From Minisyncoccota bacterium (GTDB lineage Bacteria; Patescibacteriota; Minisyncoccia; Phycocordibacterales; JAGLOS01), in the NCBI GenBank assembly GCA_023137615.1, contig JAGLOS010000001.1:1067-65066 (forward strand): a stretch of 64,000 nt of DNA, read 5' to 3'. The notes beneath the pieces were generated by a model. The model was not told the DNA's origin, did no database searches, and saw only the letters and a list, made by a program, of their open reading frames with translations. Shown one piece after another: positions 30,089 through 39,162 of this stretch. Within the stretch, counting starts at the first letter, position 1. Each line of letters starts with the position of its first letter. The position numbers and the translations under genes are program-made.

Positions 30089-30162
30089 GGGCGATTAGCT
30101 CAGTTGGCTAGAGCAACCCGTTTACACCGGGTAGGTCGGGGGTTCAAATCCCTCATCGCCCA
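30089..30162 (+). tRNA. tRNA-Val(TAC)
   Basis: 74-nt cloverleaf. Anticodon loop TTTACAC. T-arm GGGGGTTCAAATCCCTC. Confidence 0.85.
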
Positions 30163-30164
30163 CA

Positions 30165-30207
30165 CGCAAAATTAAAATCACCCTTTTGGGGTGATTTTAA
30201 TTTTGCG
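30165..30207 (+). terminator. terminator hairpin after tRNA-Val
   Basis: cgcaaaattaaaatcaccccttttggggtgattttaattttgcg is a perfect long inverted repeat. Confidence 0.6.
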
Positions 30208-30399
30208 CTGTGACGATAGGAAGTGAACTGCTTCACTTCCGTGGGGATTTGAACGGCGGAGTATGTTGGTAAACACCGAGCAAAGCTTGGCGTTTACCAA
30301 CAGCGAGCCGCGTCCAGCGATACTTATTAGATTTCGATTCGTCTTTGACGAAAAAGAAATATAATTAGTAATCGTGGGACGAATCCCTCATCGCCCACA
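30208..30399 (+). repeat. tRNA-linked repeat family R2, copy 1 (ends in a duplicate of the tRNA-Val 3' end)
   Basis: Shares ggatttgaacggcggag, gcgagccgcgtccagcgaYacttaYtagatttcga and aaatataRttagtRatYgtgggac with 55470-55695. Its last 18 bp (aatccctcatcgcccaca) are a direct repeat of the tRNA-Val 3' end 220 bp upstream. Confidence 0.7.
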
Positions 30400-30489
30400 G
30401 CCGCCAAAACAGCACTTATCAGTGCTGTTTTGTTTTGCAACTTAGTAACAGCAACGAAAAAAAGATGCTTCGCAATCTATTTAAGTATA

Positions 30490-30576
30490 AGTGCACTGCT
30501 CACTCCTCTTCGTCCCATTCCCAGCACGACTTACGTAACAACAAAAAAACCGATGCTTTCGCATCGGTTTTTTGTT
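30490..30576 (+). repeat. family R3 copy 2, abutting tRNA-Arg 3' end
   Basis: gtgcactgctcactcctcttcgtcccattcccagcac ... aaaaaccgatgctttcgcatcggttttt. Confidence 0.6.
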
Positions 30577-30648
30577 GGTTACTAAGTGCCCCCGGCAGGA
30601 ATCGAACCTGCAATAAGAGCTTAGAAGGCTCTCGTTATATCCATTTAA
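30577..30648 (-). tRNA. tRNA-Arg(TCT)
   Basis: 72 nt. Anticodon loop CTTCTAA. T-arm GCAGGTTCGATTCCTGC. Acceptor GCCCCTG/CGGGGGC. Confidence 0.8.
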
Positions 30649-30791
30649 CTACAGGGGCATATTTACTCTATCATATTATCAAAAGACCGTTCACTCGTCA
30701 CAAAACTTATTACAATGCGTCTGATAATCAAACACTCTGTTTGTCCGCTGTCAGCTTGTATCATTCCGAGAGTGACGGGCTTCATGGTTCT

Positions 30792-30816
30792 GCGTTATAT
30801 CCATTTAACTACAGGG
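30792..30816 (-). repeat. 25-bp direct duplicate of tRNA-Arg(TCT) 5' half
   Basis: cgttatatccatttaactacagggg repeats positions 30623-30647 of the gene 143 bp away. Confidence 0.7.
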
Positions 30817-30870
30817 GATAGTACTCAAACCACACAAGCCTCTTCATGGTCGTTCAAAAATATAGCAGTA

Positions 30871-31353
30871 TTACTTAAGAAGGTCAACAAACAACGCTTT
30901 CCATACCGATGCTTCATTCGACATTCTTGTCACAACCTTTTCTATATATTGAATCGCGTTTACACTTATTTCATCGGAAGAAAGTTCTTCCGATGGGACC
31001 ATGCTACTGCTTTCCGTAGTTGTCGACAGTATGCTTTCGAATGTTCTTTTTTCTTTTAAAAGTTCCGCGTGTTCCTGTTCTTTTTTCTCAAAATACACCA
31101 CGGTCTCTGCTAATTTACTCTGTAACGCCTTTACCTCTAACACCTCTTGCGTCTGCCCTTCTGACACCACCTGATCGGCGCCATGAATATAATATTTATT
31201 GAAAGCATGATATCCAAACACAGATACTCCGACAAGAGACACAAACACTCCGATAAGAATAACTGTCCATTCTCTGTATGGAGTTATGTATAATTTTGAT
31301 CTGTCTCGATGACAACAATATTTTATTTTTTTCTTTAAAAGCAGAATGTCCAT
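30871..31353 (-). CDS. hypothetical membrane protein in pilMNO operon
   Basis: About 160 aa. One TM helix then coiled-coil. Last gene of the pilM-N-O operon, possibly PilP-like. Confidence 0.4.
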   Translation of the reverse strand: MDILLLKKKIKYCCHRDRSKLYITPYREWTVILIGVFVSLVGVSVFGYHAFNKYYIHGADQVVSEGQTQEVLEVKALQSKLAETVVYFEKKEQEHAELLKEKRTFESILSTTTESSSMVPSEELSSDEISVNAIQYIEKVVTRMSNEASVWKALFVDLLK

Positions 31354-31365
31354 AATATAGATCAC

Positions 31366-31884
31366 TTAATTATTTCCACCGGAGCCCGGTAGAGAGAAAC
31401 TCACACCACCTCTCCATAAATCATCCTCTGTAGAGATTTTCTCAACATAAACACTGTCAACAGACATATTATACGGAAGACTCTCAATAAGCGCCACATA
31501 ATACATGACATTATCAAATGCACCCTCATATGTGGTAGTAAATCTCAGAGACCCCTCTGTCGTATTCCCCTTTACGCTCGCGGTAACCCCTGCCAAACCG
31601 GAAAGACCTTCTAAATAGTCCAAAAAGTCTATATAATTATCTCTTCCAATAAAATACTGTTCTATCTTTTCCCTACCCGGCTCTATCTCCTTTAACACTG
31701 TTGCAAGTTGATGGGCGCCGCTGCCTTCGGCACTAAGAGACGCTACCTCTTTTTGACGAATAGCAACTTCAGCAGAAAGTGTCTCTATTTTATTTAAAGC
31801 AAAAGCAAAAACCCCCGCAAGTGCAATGTTTACAATAACAACCGCGCCGAAGATTATTTGTAATATATTTGTTTTTTTCTGCAT
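31366..31884 (-). CDS. pilO: type IV pilus assembly protein PilO-like
   Basis: 172 aa. N-terminal TM, coiled-coil, periplasmic domain. Position after pilN. Confidence 0.5.
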   Translation of the reverse strand: MQKKTNILQIIFGAVVIVNIALAGVFAFALNKIETLSAEVAIRQKEVASLSAEGSGAHQLATVLKEIEPGREKIEQYFIGRDNYIDFLDYLEGLSGLAGVTASVKGNTTEGSLRFTTTYEGAFDNVMYYVALIESLPYNMSVDSVYVEKISTEDDLWRGGVSFSLPGSGGNN

Positions 31885-31886
31885 TT

Positions 31887-32426
31887 TTATTGTTGTTCTC
31901 TTAATTGGATACTAAAATCAAAAGGCACATCCTTTTTTACACTAAGATTCTCATAAGGATAACTTTCCAAAGGAACAAACATGTCCTCTTGACCAATTCT
32001 TTTGATAAAACGATCAAGCTCTTTTCTTGTGTCTGCACTTCCTTTTACCATGAGCTTATTTGATGCCCTTGCGTATGATATTTTTGATAATGTGATCGTA
32101 TCCGGTTTGATCTCGAATAACCGCGCCATTATCTCGTACGGTATTTTTTTTGTATCGGTATCTTGTTGTACTACAGCCAAACGAGCTTCTATCCTGCTTA
32201 TACTTGTTTTATAGTCTTCATCGGTGTCCTTTTGTTCGTCAGTATCTGATCGATATGCGATGTTCAACCCTTCAAGTTTGCTGTCCAATAACACATATGT
32301 CGGAACAAGAAGAACAGAAGCAACAACGCCAACAGAAGCAACAGCGATAAGCGCAATTATCATAGCCCGTAGGGTGTATTCCCGGTAGACTTTCTTTTTT
32401 GTGTTTTGTGGAAGTAAATTTGCCAT
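31887..32426 (-). CDS. pilN: type IV pilus assembly protein PilN-like
   Basis: 179 aa. Short cytoplasmic N-terminus, one TM, coiled-coil. Immediately follows pilM. Confidence 0.55.
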   Translation of the reverse strand: MANLLPQNTKKKVYREYTLRAMIIALIAVASVGVVASVLLVPTYVLLDSKLEGLNIAYRSDTDEQKDTDEDYKTSISRIEARLAVVQQDTDTKKIPYEIMARLFEIKPDTITLSKISYARASNKLMVKGSADTRKELDRFIKRIGQEDMFVPLESYPYENLSVKKDVPFDFSIQLREQQ

Positions 32427-32429
32427 AAA

Positions 32430-33521
32430 CTAACGACTGGATGACAATGCTAACCCTATTGACGTGGCATACTGTAATGATTTTTCAAATGAAATACTTG
32501 GAATATAATTTTCAAATGAATTTATGTTTCCAAAAATATTTGCAACACGAACGTTGGTATGAATATTAGACGCCAGATACTCGGGAAGTCCTTTAAAATT
32601 AGCAAGTCCTCCGCACAACAGTAATGTATCTATCTTTTGTCGTTTCTTACCAAAAACATCATCGTGATTATTCCAGTATTGATAATGCTTTCCAACCTCA
32701 TCTTTAAGTGCCGAAACAGTCGGCATAAGGGCAAGAAGCATATTTTCATCTCCTTCACCTACCAAGAAACCTTTTTCTGTCTTTAGACGTTCAGCTTCTT
32801 CAAAACTTATTGAAAAATTCCTTGCCACAGCACGAGTGATCATGTCCCCTCCAATACCGATAGTGGAAGTAAATTGAACTACGCCGTTATTCACGATCGT
32901 GATACCTGTTCGTGTCTTTCCAAAATCAAGAACCATGAATGTTCCATCATCATCCTCTGGCACCACCGTCCGCGACACAGCATGAGACTCAACTTCAAAA
33001 CGAAGAGGCACCAGACCTGTCCCAAGAAAAACATCCATATATTCTTCTACGATCTCTCGTGGATATACGGTCACGTTCAATTCAATAAAAGCAAGGTCAT
33101 CATTGGGATCACCTCCTCGAATAATATCATAAGCAAACGTCGCTTCATTTACGGGAATTGGGACATGTTCTTCTATCTGAAGCTCCAGATTGTTATATAT
33201 TTCATCCGGTTGGACTTTTGGTATACGTACAACAACAACATATCCATGTTGCTCCGGTAATGATACGTTTACAAAATGGAGGTTATGGTCTCTTCTTAAT
33301 TTAGTGAAAAACGCTTTTATTTTTTTTGCATCTTTAATATACCCGTCTTCAATAAGACCTTTTGGAATGAGTCTTTTGTCAAACTTCTTTATTTTTTTTC
33401 CTTCCGGTGTATTTTCCAATTCTGCAATATGTACTGACTCGTCAGAAATATCAACCCCCGTTATGGGCATTCTCAAAAATTTTGGTGGAGGAAAAAATCT
33501 ATATAACAGACTCTGCTTCAT
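32430..33521 (-). CDS. pilM: type IV pilus assembly ATPase-like protein PilM
   Basis: 363 aa actin/HSP70-fold (VDISDESVHIAEL, LDFGKTRTGITIV). Confidence 0.75.
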   Translation of the reverse strand: MKQSLLYRFFPPPKFLRMPITGVDISDESVHIAELENTPEGKKIKKFDKRLIPKGLIEDGYIKDAKKIKAFFTKLRRDHNLHFVNVSLPEQHGYVVVVRIPKVQPDEIYNNLELQIEEHVPIPVNEATFAYDIIRGGDPNDDLAFIELNVTVYPREIVEEYMDVFLGTGLVPLRFEVESHAVSRTVVPEDDDGTFMVLDFGKTRTGITIVNNGVVQFTSTIGIGGDMITRAVARNFSISFEEAERLKTEKGFLVGEGDENMLLALMPTVSALKDEVGKHYQYWNNHDDVFGKKRQKIDTLLLCGGLANFKGLPEYLASNIHTNVRVANIFGNINSFENYIPSISFEKSLQYATSIGLALSSSR

Positions 33522-33548
33522 TAGGTTTATTATACGGCAAAAACAACC

Positions 33549-34148
33549 TTATAACAAAACATTTATGAGGATAATGCCAAAAATAAAAATCGCAATAATG
33601 AGAGAAAAGATATTAAAATATTTATAGACCAATGAACCGATTTGACTTCCGTAGCGACGCAATATATAACCTATGGCAAAAAATCGAGTACCCCTCCCAA
33701 AAAGAGCCGCTAAAACAAAAACTAAAAAATTTACATTAAATAATCCCGCCGATATCGTAAATACCTTAAAAGGTATCGGTGTAAATGCCGCTAAAAAGAC
33801 CGCAACAAACGCATTGTCAGAAAACATGTCGCCAACCGTCATCATCTCACTTTCCAGATGATAAAAATTCACCAACGGCCCCCCAACTGTTTGAAAAAGA
33901 AAGAAACCGATAATATATCCAAAGATCGCACCAAGCACAGAGAAGGTAGTGGTCCAAGATGCTTGGAATATCCAATGCCGGCTACTGGTAAGCAGCATTG
34001 CTATAAGCAAAATATCCGGTGGTATCGGAAAGAACGACGCTTCAGAAAAAGCCACCCCGGCAAGCCATGCTTGTGCGTGTTTGCCGTTGGCGTGTTTTAC
34101 CGTCCAACTACGAGTTCTTTCTTTTATTCTTGTTAAAAAATTGTCCAT
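33549..34148 (-). CDS. DedA/YqaA-family (VTT domain) membrane protein
   Basis: About 200 aa from MDNFLTRIKE. FFPIPPDILLIAML motif typical of DedA/SNARE-associated proteins. Confidence 0.65.
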   Translation of the reverse strand: MDNFLTRIKERTRSWTVKHANGKHAQAWLAGVAFSEASFFPIPPDILLIAMLLTSSRHWIFQASWTTTFSVLGAIFGYIIGFFLFQTVGGPLVNFYHLESEMMTVGDMFSDNAFVAVFLAAFTPIPFKVFTISAGLFNVNFLVFVLAALFGRGTRFFAIGYILRRYGSQIGSLVYKYFNIFSLIIAIFIFGIILINVLL

Positions 34149-34149
34149 T

Positions 34150-34476
34150 TTAACCCACAGAACTTCCTGAAGAAACTTCTTTAAGAGGAGACAACGCAAC
34201 AAACCCGACTTCTCCCACAATACCTAATATCATACCATTGCTTTCTACACCACATATAGTTCGCGGTTCAAGATTGTATACAAAGGGACACTGTTTTCCA
34301 ATTATCTCTTCCGGTTGATAATACTGCGCAATACCTGAAACGATCTGTCTCACTTCATCACCAAATTCAACCTCAAGCCGTAACAGTTTGTCAGTGTTCT
34401 CTACTTTTTCAGCTATTTTTATAGTTCCGATACGAATATCCGCTTTCTTAAATTCGTCAAATGATATTTTGTCCAT
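34150..34476 (-). CDS. tRNA-binding protein (CsaA/Trbp111, EMAP-like OB fold)
   Basis: 108 aa. DIRIGTIKIAEKVENTDKLLRLEVEFGDEVRQIVSGIAQYY matches the MetRS C-terminal-like tRNA-binding domain. Confidence 0.7.
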   Translation of the reverse strand: MDKISFDEFKKADIRIGTIKIAEKVENTDKLLRLEVEFGDEVRQIVSGIAQYYQPEEIIGKQCPFVYNLEPRTICGVESNGMILGIVGEVGFVALSPLKEVSSGSSVG

Positions 34477-34524
34477 AATAAGATTAGTTTTTATCCTGCC
34501 TGCCGGCAGGTAGATTAATAATTT

Positions 34525-34929
34525 TTAGTTTGTGGCCTGCGACTCTTTATATTGTTTTTTATCCAAGTAACTTTGTAGAATGATCGCAGCCGCGGACGCA
34601 TCAAGCATGTCGTTCTTTCCTTGAATTTTTTGCGCCTGATGCGAAGTGAAAAACTCGGGCTCAAAATAAAGAGGTACATCTATTTCTTTCTTCGTCTGTT
34701 CCATAAAAGTATCAATGTTTTTCATTAGAGGATTTGGGGTGCCATCCAAATTCCTCGACTCGCCAACAACAACTCCGACAATATTCTCCTCAACACAGAT
34801 CTCTTTGATCTCTTTGATCAAGCTATTTGTATTTTTCAAAACATTTTTTGGAAACGCCAGTCGACCATCTTCGTCAGACGTTGCGATCCCCACTCTTTTT
34901 GTACCATAGTCAACGCCGAGAAATTTCAT
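34525..34929 (-). CDS. ruvX: Holliday junction resolvase-like RNase RuvX/YqgF
   Basis: 134 aa. FLGVDYGTKRVGIATSD RNase H-fold motif. Confidence 0.85.
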   Translation of the reverse strand: MKFLGVDYGTKRVGIATSDEDGRLAFPKNVLKNTNSLIKEIKEICVEENIVGVVVGESRNLDGTPNPLMKNIDTFMEQTKKEIDVPLYFEPEFFTSHQAQKIQGKNDMLDASAAAIILQSYLDKKQYKESQATN

Positions 34930-34951
34930 ATACCTTGAATTACTAAAACTA

Positions 34952-36310
34952 CTAAAACATCAGTATGCCAGGAGCGAACAAAAGAAGACCTCCCAGTAAG
35001 ATCATTAGTATTCCGCCGACCAGTATAGAGAGTTTGGAGTATTTTTCACTGGCATGCAACTTATCAAAGCCATAAAGAGCAAATCCGAATACAACAAAAT
35101 CATCAACCATATACGCAAAGATATAGATCATCAGATACCATTGCTGTGCCCAAAATTCAAGAGCGTTTATCTCTAATATCTTGGTGAAGGCCTGCGGAAT
35201 GCCGATAGAACACGCAAATTCAATAACATTTACGGAAAGAGCCACCCCTAATATTCCAATAACCGTTGCCAAAGTCATGGGAGAAGACACGAGTTTGTGA
35301 ATTTTGTTTTGTATCTTGGATTGTTTTTCTATGCTTGTTACATCACATGTGAACTTATTTTTTGTTTTATTATATTTATATAAAAAGTATATTCCGCAAC
35401 CTATGGCAAATACTCCAACTAACGGCGTTACAATATTATCAAGCCCGACAAAATCCCATGTTTTATACCAAATATTCAAAATGAGATAATACATGATCGA
35501 CTCGGCAAAAATAAAAAGTCCCGCCACATAGAACATTTTTTTTCTGTTTCCTATTTGCATCAATATCAAAAGAAACGCCATAAGTACCCACAATGCACAT
35601 GGGTTAAACCCGTCAACCAAACCAAGGATCACGGAAAGCGAAAAAAGCGACACGCCTTCAATATCAATAACACCAAAAACCGGCAACCTAAGCTCAAAAC
35701 CATTAACATCATAAAGCACTCCTTCGCTGGAAGTCGCCTGCTGGGTACTATCAAAATTATTCTTCGCAATATTTTCGAAGTTCAAGTAATCCTCAATATC
35801 GTAATCGTGCCCATCTTTGGCATATTCAATTGCCTCTTTGATCTGTTTTCCTGTTGTTTCTTCCCCACCAAAACCTTTTATGATCTCTCCCCCGACAAAA
35901 GTATACGGGGTTACACGAGGCAGATCATTTGCTTGCGTTAATCGCCCAAAAAGTAACCCGTGTTCTTCATTTTCAGCGACATTATAATATATCAAACGCA
36001 CATTCGGTTCAGAAATTAAATATTCTTCAATAAATTCTTTTTCCTCTCGGCAATAACCGCATTTGTCCTGCCCAAAAAAATGAACAGAAACTACCGGCTC
36101 GCTTTCACTGGAGACAAGCTTATTTTGAACGTCTTTTTGGACAACAACAAGTTTGTTGCTTTCATTTTCTCCGGCAGTAATTGGAGCAGTGTCAGGTATA
36201 AACATATACGCCGAAGCCATACCAACTAATGTCCACGGCGCTAAAAGAAAGAATGCTATAATTTTTGTATTTTTAGATATCTTTTTCTTTTTTATACTTT
36301 TTATCTGCAT
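34952..36310 (-). CDS. thioredoxin/glutaredoxin-fold domain fused to CcdA/DsbD-like transmembrane thiol-disulfide transporter
   Basis: 452 aa. Signal anchor, CGYC redox motif (GQDKCGYCREEK), C-terminal multi-TM domain with paired cysteines. Confidence 0.55.
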   Translation of the reverse strand: MQIKSIKKKKISKNTKIIAFFLLAPWTLVGMASAYMFIPDTAPITAGENESNKLVVVQKDVQNKLVSSESEPVVSVHFFGQDKCGYCREEKEFIEEYLISEPNVRLIYYNVAENEEHGLLFGRLTQANDLPRVTPYTFVGGEIIKGFGGEETTGKQIKEAIEYAKDGHDYDIEDYLNFENIAKNNFDSTQQATSSEGVLYDVNGFELRLPVFGVIDIEGVSLFSLSVILGLVDGFNPCALWVLMAFLLILMQIGNRKKMFYVAGLFIFAESIMYYLILNIWYKTWDFVGLDNIVTPLVGVFAIGCGIYFLYKYNKTKNKFTCDVTSIEKQSKIQNKIHKLVSSPMTLATVIGILGVALSVNVIEFACSIGIPQAFTKILEINALEFWAQQWYLMIYIFAYMVDDFVVFGFALYGFDKLHASEKYSKLSILVGGILMILLGGLLLFAPGILMF

Positions 36311-36344
36311 AATATATTTTTAGAATCTTATATATTCTCTTCAA

Positions 36345-38039
36345 CTACACATCTAGCAACTGCAGCACTTTTCCTTTATCTTCCACCGCCCATAAAAAAG
36401 TTGCCAATCTCGGACCGGCGTTTTTCCCGATGAGTAAATTATATACCATCTGAAAAAACCGTTTTTGCCTTTTTATGTTTTCTTTCATGTCTAGCTCTTC
36501 TTTTTTGACAATACCATAAACCAGTTCGTTTAATTCAGGTATTGTTCTGTTTGGATTATCTTTTAATTCGCTTTTTAACTTTCTAACATGCCCTAATTCT
36601 TCCTCAGATAATGTTTCTATATATTCAGTATTTTTCTCTTTTTCTAATTTTATTATCTCCTCGCGATTATAAGTTTCTAACCAATTTTTAGCTTTTACGA
36701 GACGTTCTTTTATACTTTTTTCATCATAATCTTCTTCTTGCGCTTTCAATAACTCAATCATTTTATCTTTATCCCATTGAACAATTTGCCCAAAACCAAC
36801 CGCCTGTCTAAACGGAAGAGGTTTTTTGTATTCACCTTCCCTAGAAACACCACTAATTTTCAATGACTGTATATCAAAATCACTCAGGGGTTCTTCTCCT
36901 GTTTTCATTTCTTCAACTTTTCTGTCAAATTCTGCGTACTGTCTGTAAACTTCACTATCAAAAGCCAGCGAAAAAGTCTTGTTGGGCTCGGTTCTGAAAT
37001 AAAGCCACTTCAAAAGTTCCGGGGAATATATTTCCAACAATTTTCCGGGTGAAACACTGTTTCCTTTTGAACCGGACATTTTGTCTCCAAGTCCCCTAAT
37101 CCCTACGAAATCATATCCTTGATAGACAGGTGGCTCAACACAAAAAACCTCTTTTGCAATAACAGTAGAAGTATCGTAACTTCCTCCTGGAGTAGAGTGA
37201 TCTTTCCCGCCAGGTTCAAAACTGACATCTTCCGCCCCCCACCTCATTGCCCAATCAACTTTCCATGCCAATTTTACAATTCTGACCTTAGTAATATCAA
37301 TTGTTTCAGTTTTCCCGGAATCAAAACATTTGTAAGTTATTTTTTTATCTCCATCATAATCAATAACTTTAGTATTATCTTTTCCGGAAAAGCGAGAATA
37401 GACAGCAATTGGATAATAGTTTTTTATATATTCATCATCAACGATATTTTTATTCTCCTTTCCTTTGTCTGTCATGAAAGAAAGCAAAATTTTTGCTATT
37501 TTCTCTCTATTTTTTAGGGCTTCTATTATTTTTTCATCATATCTTCCAGATTTATGCTCGTTGGTTTGGTATATGTATTCTATCTCTATGTCCAAATCAG
37601 TCATTGCTTTCTCAAATTCTTCTTCTTGATATTTGGCATAAGACTTGTCTGTGCCATCTGGTGAAGGTATTCCTGTTAGAGGAAATCCAATATATTTTTC
37701 AAAACTTGGGTCTATACCCTGCGGAACTTTCCTAAACCTATCAAAATCATCCCAAGAAAAGATCATTCTGGCTTTCTTTCCTCTCTTTTTTAATTCTTCA
37801 AAAACCGCATAAGAGGTAACAATATCTCTAAAATTTCCAAAGTGGATAGTGCCCGATGGACTTATTCCCGAAGCGCACACATACTCATCTTTGTCTGGAA
37901 ATTTCTCCAACACTTTATCGGTATAAGCACTAGCCCAATGAAGTTTGTTTTCTAAACTTTCATCCTCATTTTTAACCCTTTCTTCTTTTTCTGAATTATC
38001 AGTTTTAAATTTTTTCATATTATCTCCAAGTTTTTGCAT
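36345..38039 (-). CDS. lysK: lysyl-tRNA synthetase, class I
   Basis: 564 aa. HIGH-type HFGNFRD and KMSKS-type DKMSGSKG motifs of class I LysRS. Confidence 0.85.
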   Translation of the reverse strand: MQKLGDNMKKFKTDNSEKEERVKNEDESLENKLHWASAYTDKVLEKFPDKDEYVCASGISPSGTIHFGNFRDIVTSYAVFEELKKRGKKARMIFSWDDFDRFRKVPQGIDPSFEKYIGFPLTGIPSPDGTDKSYAKYQEEEFEKAMTDLDIEIEYIYQTNEHKSGRYDEKIIEALKNREKIAKILLSFMTDKGKENKNIVDDEYIKNYYPIAVYSRFSGKDNTKVIDYDGDKKITYKCFDSGKTETIDITKVRIVKLAWKVDWAMRWGAEDVSFEPGGKDHSTPGGSYDTSTVIAKEVFCVEPPVYQGYDFVGIRGLGDKMSGSKGNSVSPGKLLEIYSPELLKWLYFRTEPNKTFSLAFDSEVYRQYAEFDRKVEEMKTGEEPLSDFDIQSLKISGVSREGEYKKPLPFRQAVGFGQIVQWDKDKMIELLKAQEEDYDEKSIKERLVKAKNWLETYNREEIIKLEKEKNTEYIETLSEEELGHVRKLKSELKDNPNRTIPELNELVYGIVKKEELDMKENIKRQKRFFQMVYNLLIGKNAGPRLATFLWAVEDKGKVLQLLDV

Positions 38040-38248
38040 CAGTTTGACTCCTTTTTATATCTAAAGACGTCAACCCTTAAGCATTGTATCATCCTATCGT
38101 ACTATCGCTCAATAGTAAATTATAATACAAGCGTGTTTAAAAAAATCTCAAAACATGAAAGTAACCTTCCAGCGCCAAAAAATTACTGTCCAAAGCAAAA
38201 ACGTTGCAAACATAACAGTTTTTGGTACTATGATGGGTACTGTAATGA

Positions 38249-38265
38249 TGGAGAGATGGCTGAGT
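38249..38265 (+). repeat. duplicate of tRNA-Ser 5' end
   Basis: ggagagatggctgagtg 114 bp upstream of the intact gene. A degenerate 3'-end-like fragment lies at 38652-38677. Confidence 0.6.
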
Positions 38266-38378
38266 GTTCAATGAGATCCTGCGAGAGGTGGTAACATCGA
38301 GTAGTTGATCGAATTAATGATTGATACTCGAAGCTACTCAAGAATAAATAAAGTTCTTACAATAAATCAATATAACAT

Positions 38379-38465
38379 GGAGAGATGGCTGAGTGGTCGA
38401 AGGCGACGGTCTTGAAAACCGTTGAGGGTTTACGCCCTCCGTGGGTTCGAATCCCACTCTCTCCG
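38379..38465 (+). tRNA. tRNA-Ser(TGA)
   Basis: 87 nt. Anticodon loop CTTGAAA. Long variable arm. T-arm GTGGGTTCGAATCCCAC. Confidence 0.85.
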
Positions 38466-39162
38466 CATAAAACGTTCAACCCTAATGCGACACAGCATTG
38501 GGGTTGTTACGTTTTACCAGAAGGAGTGGGGTTCGAAAAAAGTCTCGTGCGAAGCCTAACGTAACGAAGTGAAGTCAGAACGAGACGGCGAGGTCACGAG
38601 TTCTTAGAGAAAACAAGTCCGCAGGACGTAGTTTGAACTTAGAACTGGGGACCGAATCCCAATCTCTCCGCAAACAGTAACTTCACGTTCCATACTCAAA
38701 TACCCAAAAAGTCTTTGTGGCAACAATAGACGACTGGTCGATAAACTTAAATAGTCTATCTACATCATAAGTGTAAACAACAGTCCCTGGAGAGGAACCC
38801 GTTGTTGCTGTGTATGGGGTTCCTTCACAATTAGCTTCTAAGTAAAATATTTGATATTAAAACGATTGTTAGTAAGCTCGGAAAACTTGTAAAAGGAAAA
38901 TAAGACTCTTAGCGCGTACTATTACCTATGATACGAGCACAAACAAAATACTCTTGGTAAAAAATACAGAAGCAAAATTTTGGTAAGCCCTTGGTGGTGG
39001 GTGGGAGTATGAGAAAGTTAAAGTATATAATTTATATTATCCCCGTTTATTTAAGTTTTTTACTGGTGTTTATATATTTTACATTTATACTTATAAATAA
39101 GACAAAACTGGGGATTTGTTGATTATTAGTTTTTATCAGTTTTAATAATCAATAACTTTAAT

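Noticed and set aside
38034-38294. 86-aa ORF ending ...GEMAECSMRSCERW
   Set aside because: It reads through the duplicated tRNA-Ser 5' fragment (ggagagatggctgagtg...). Artefact of the tRNA-like sequence.
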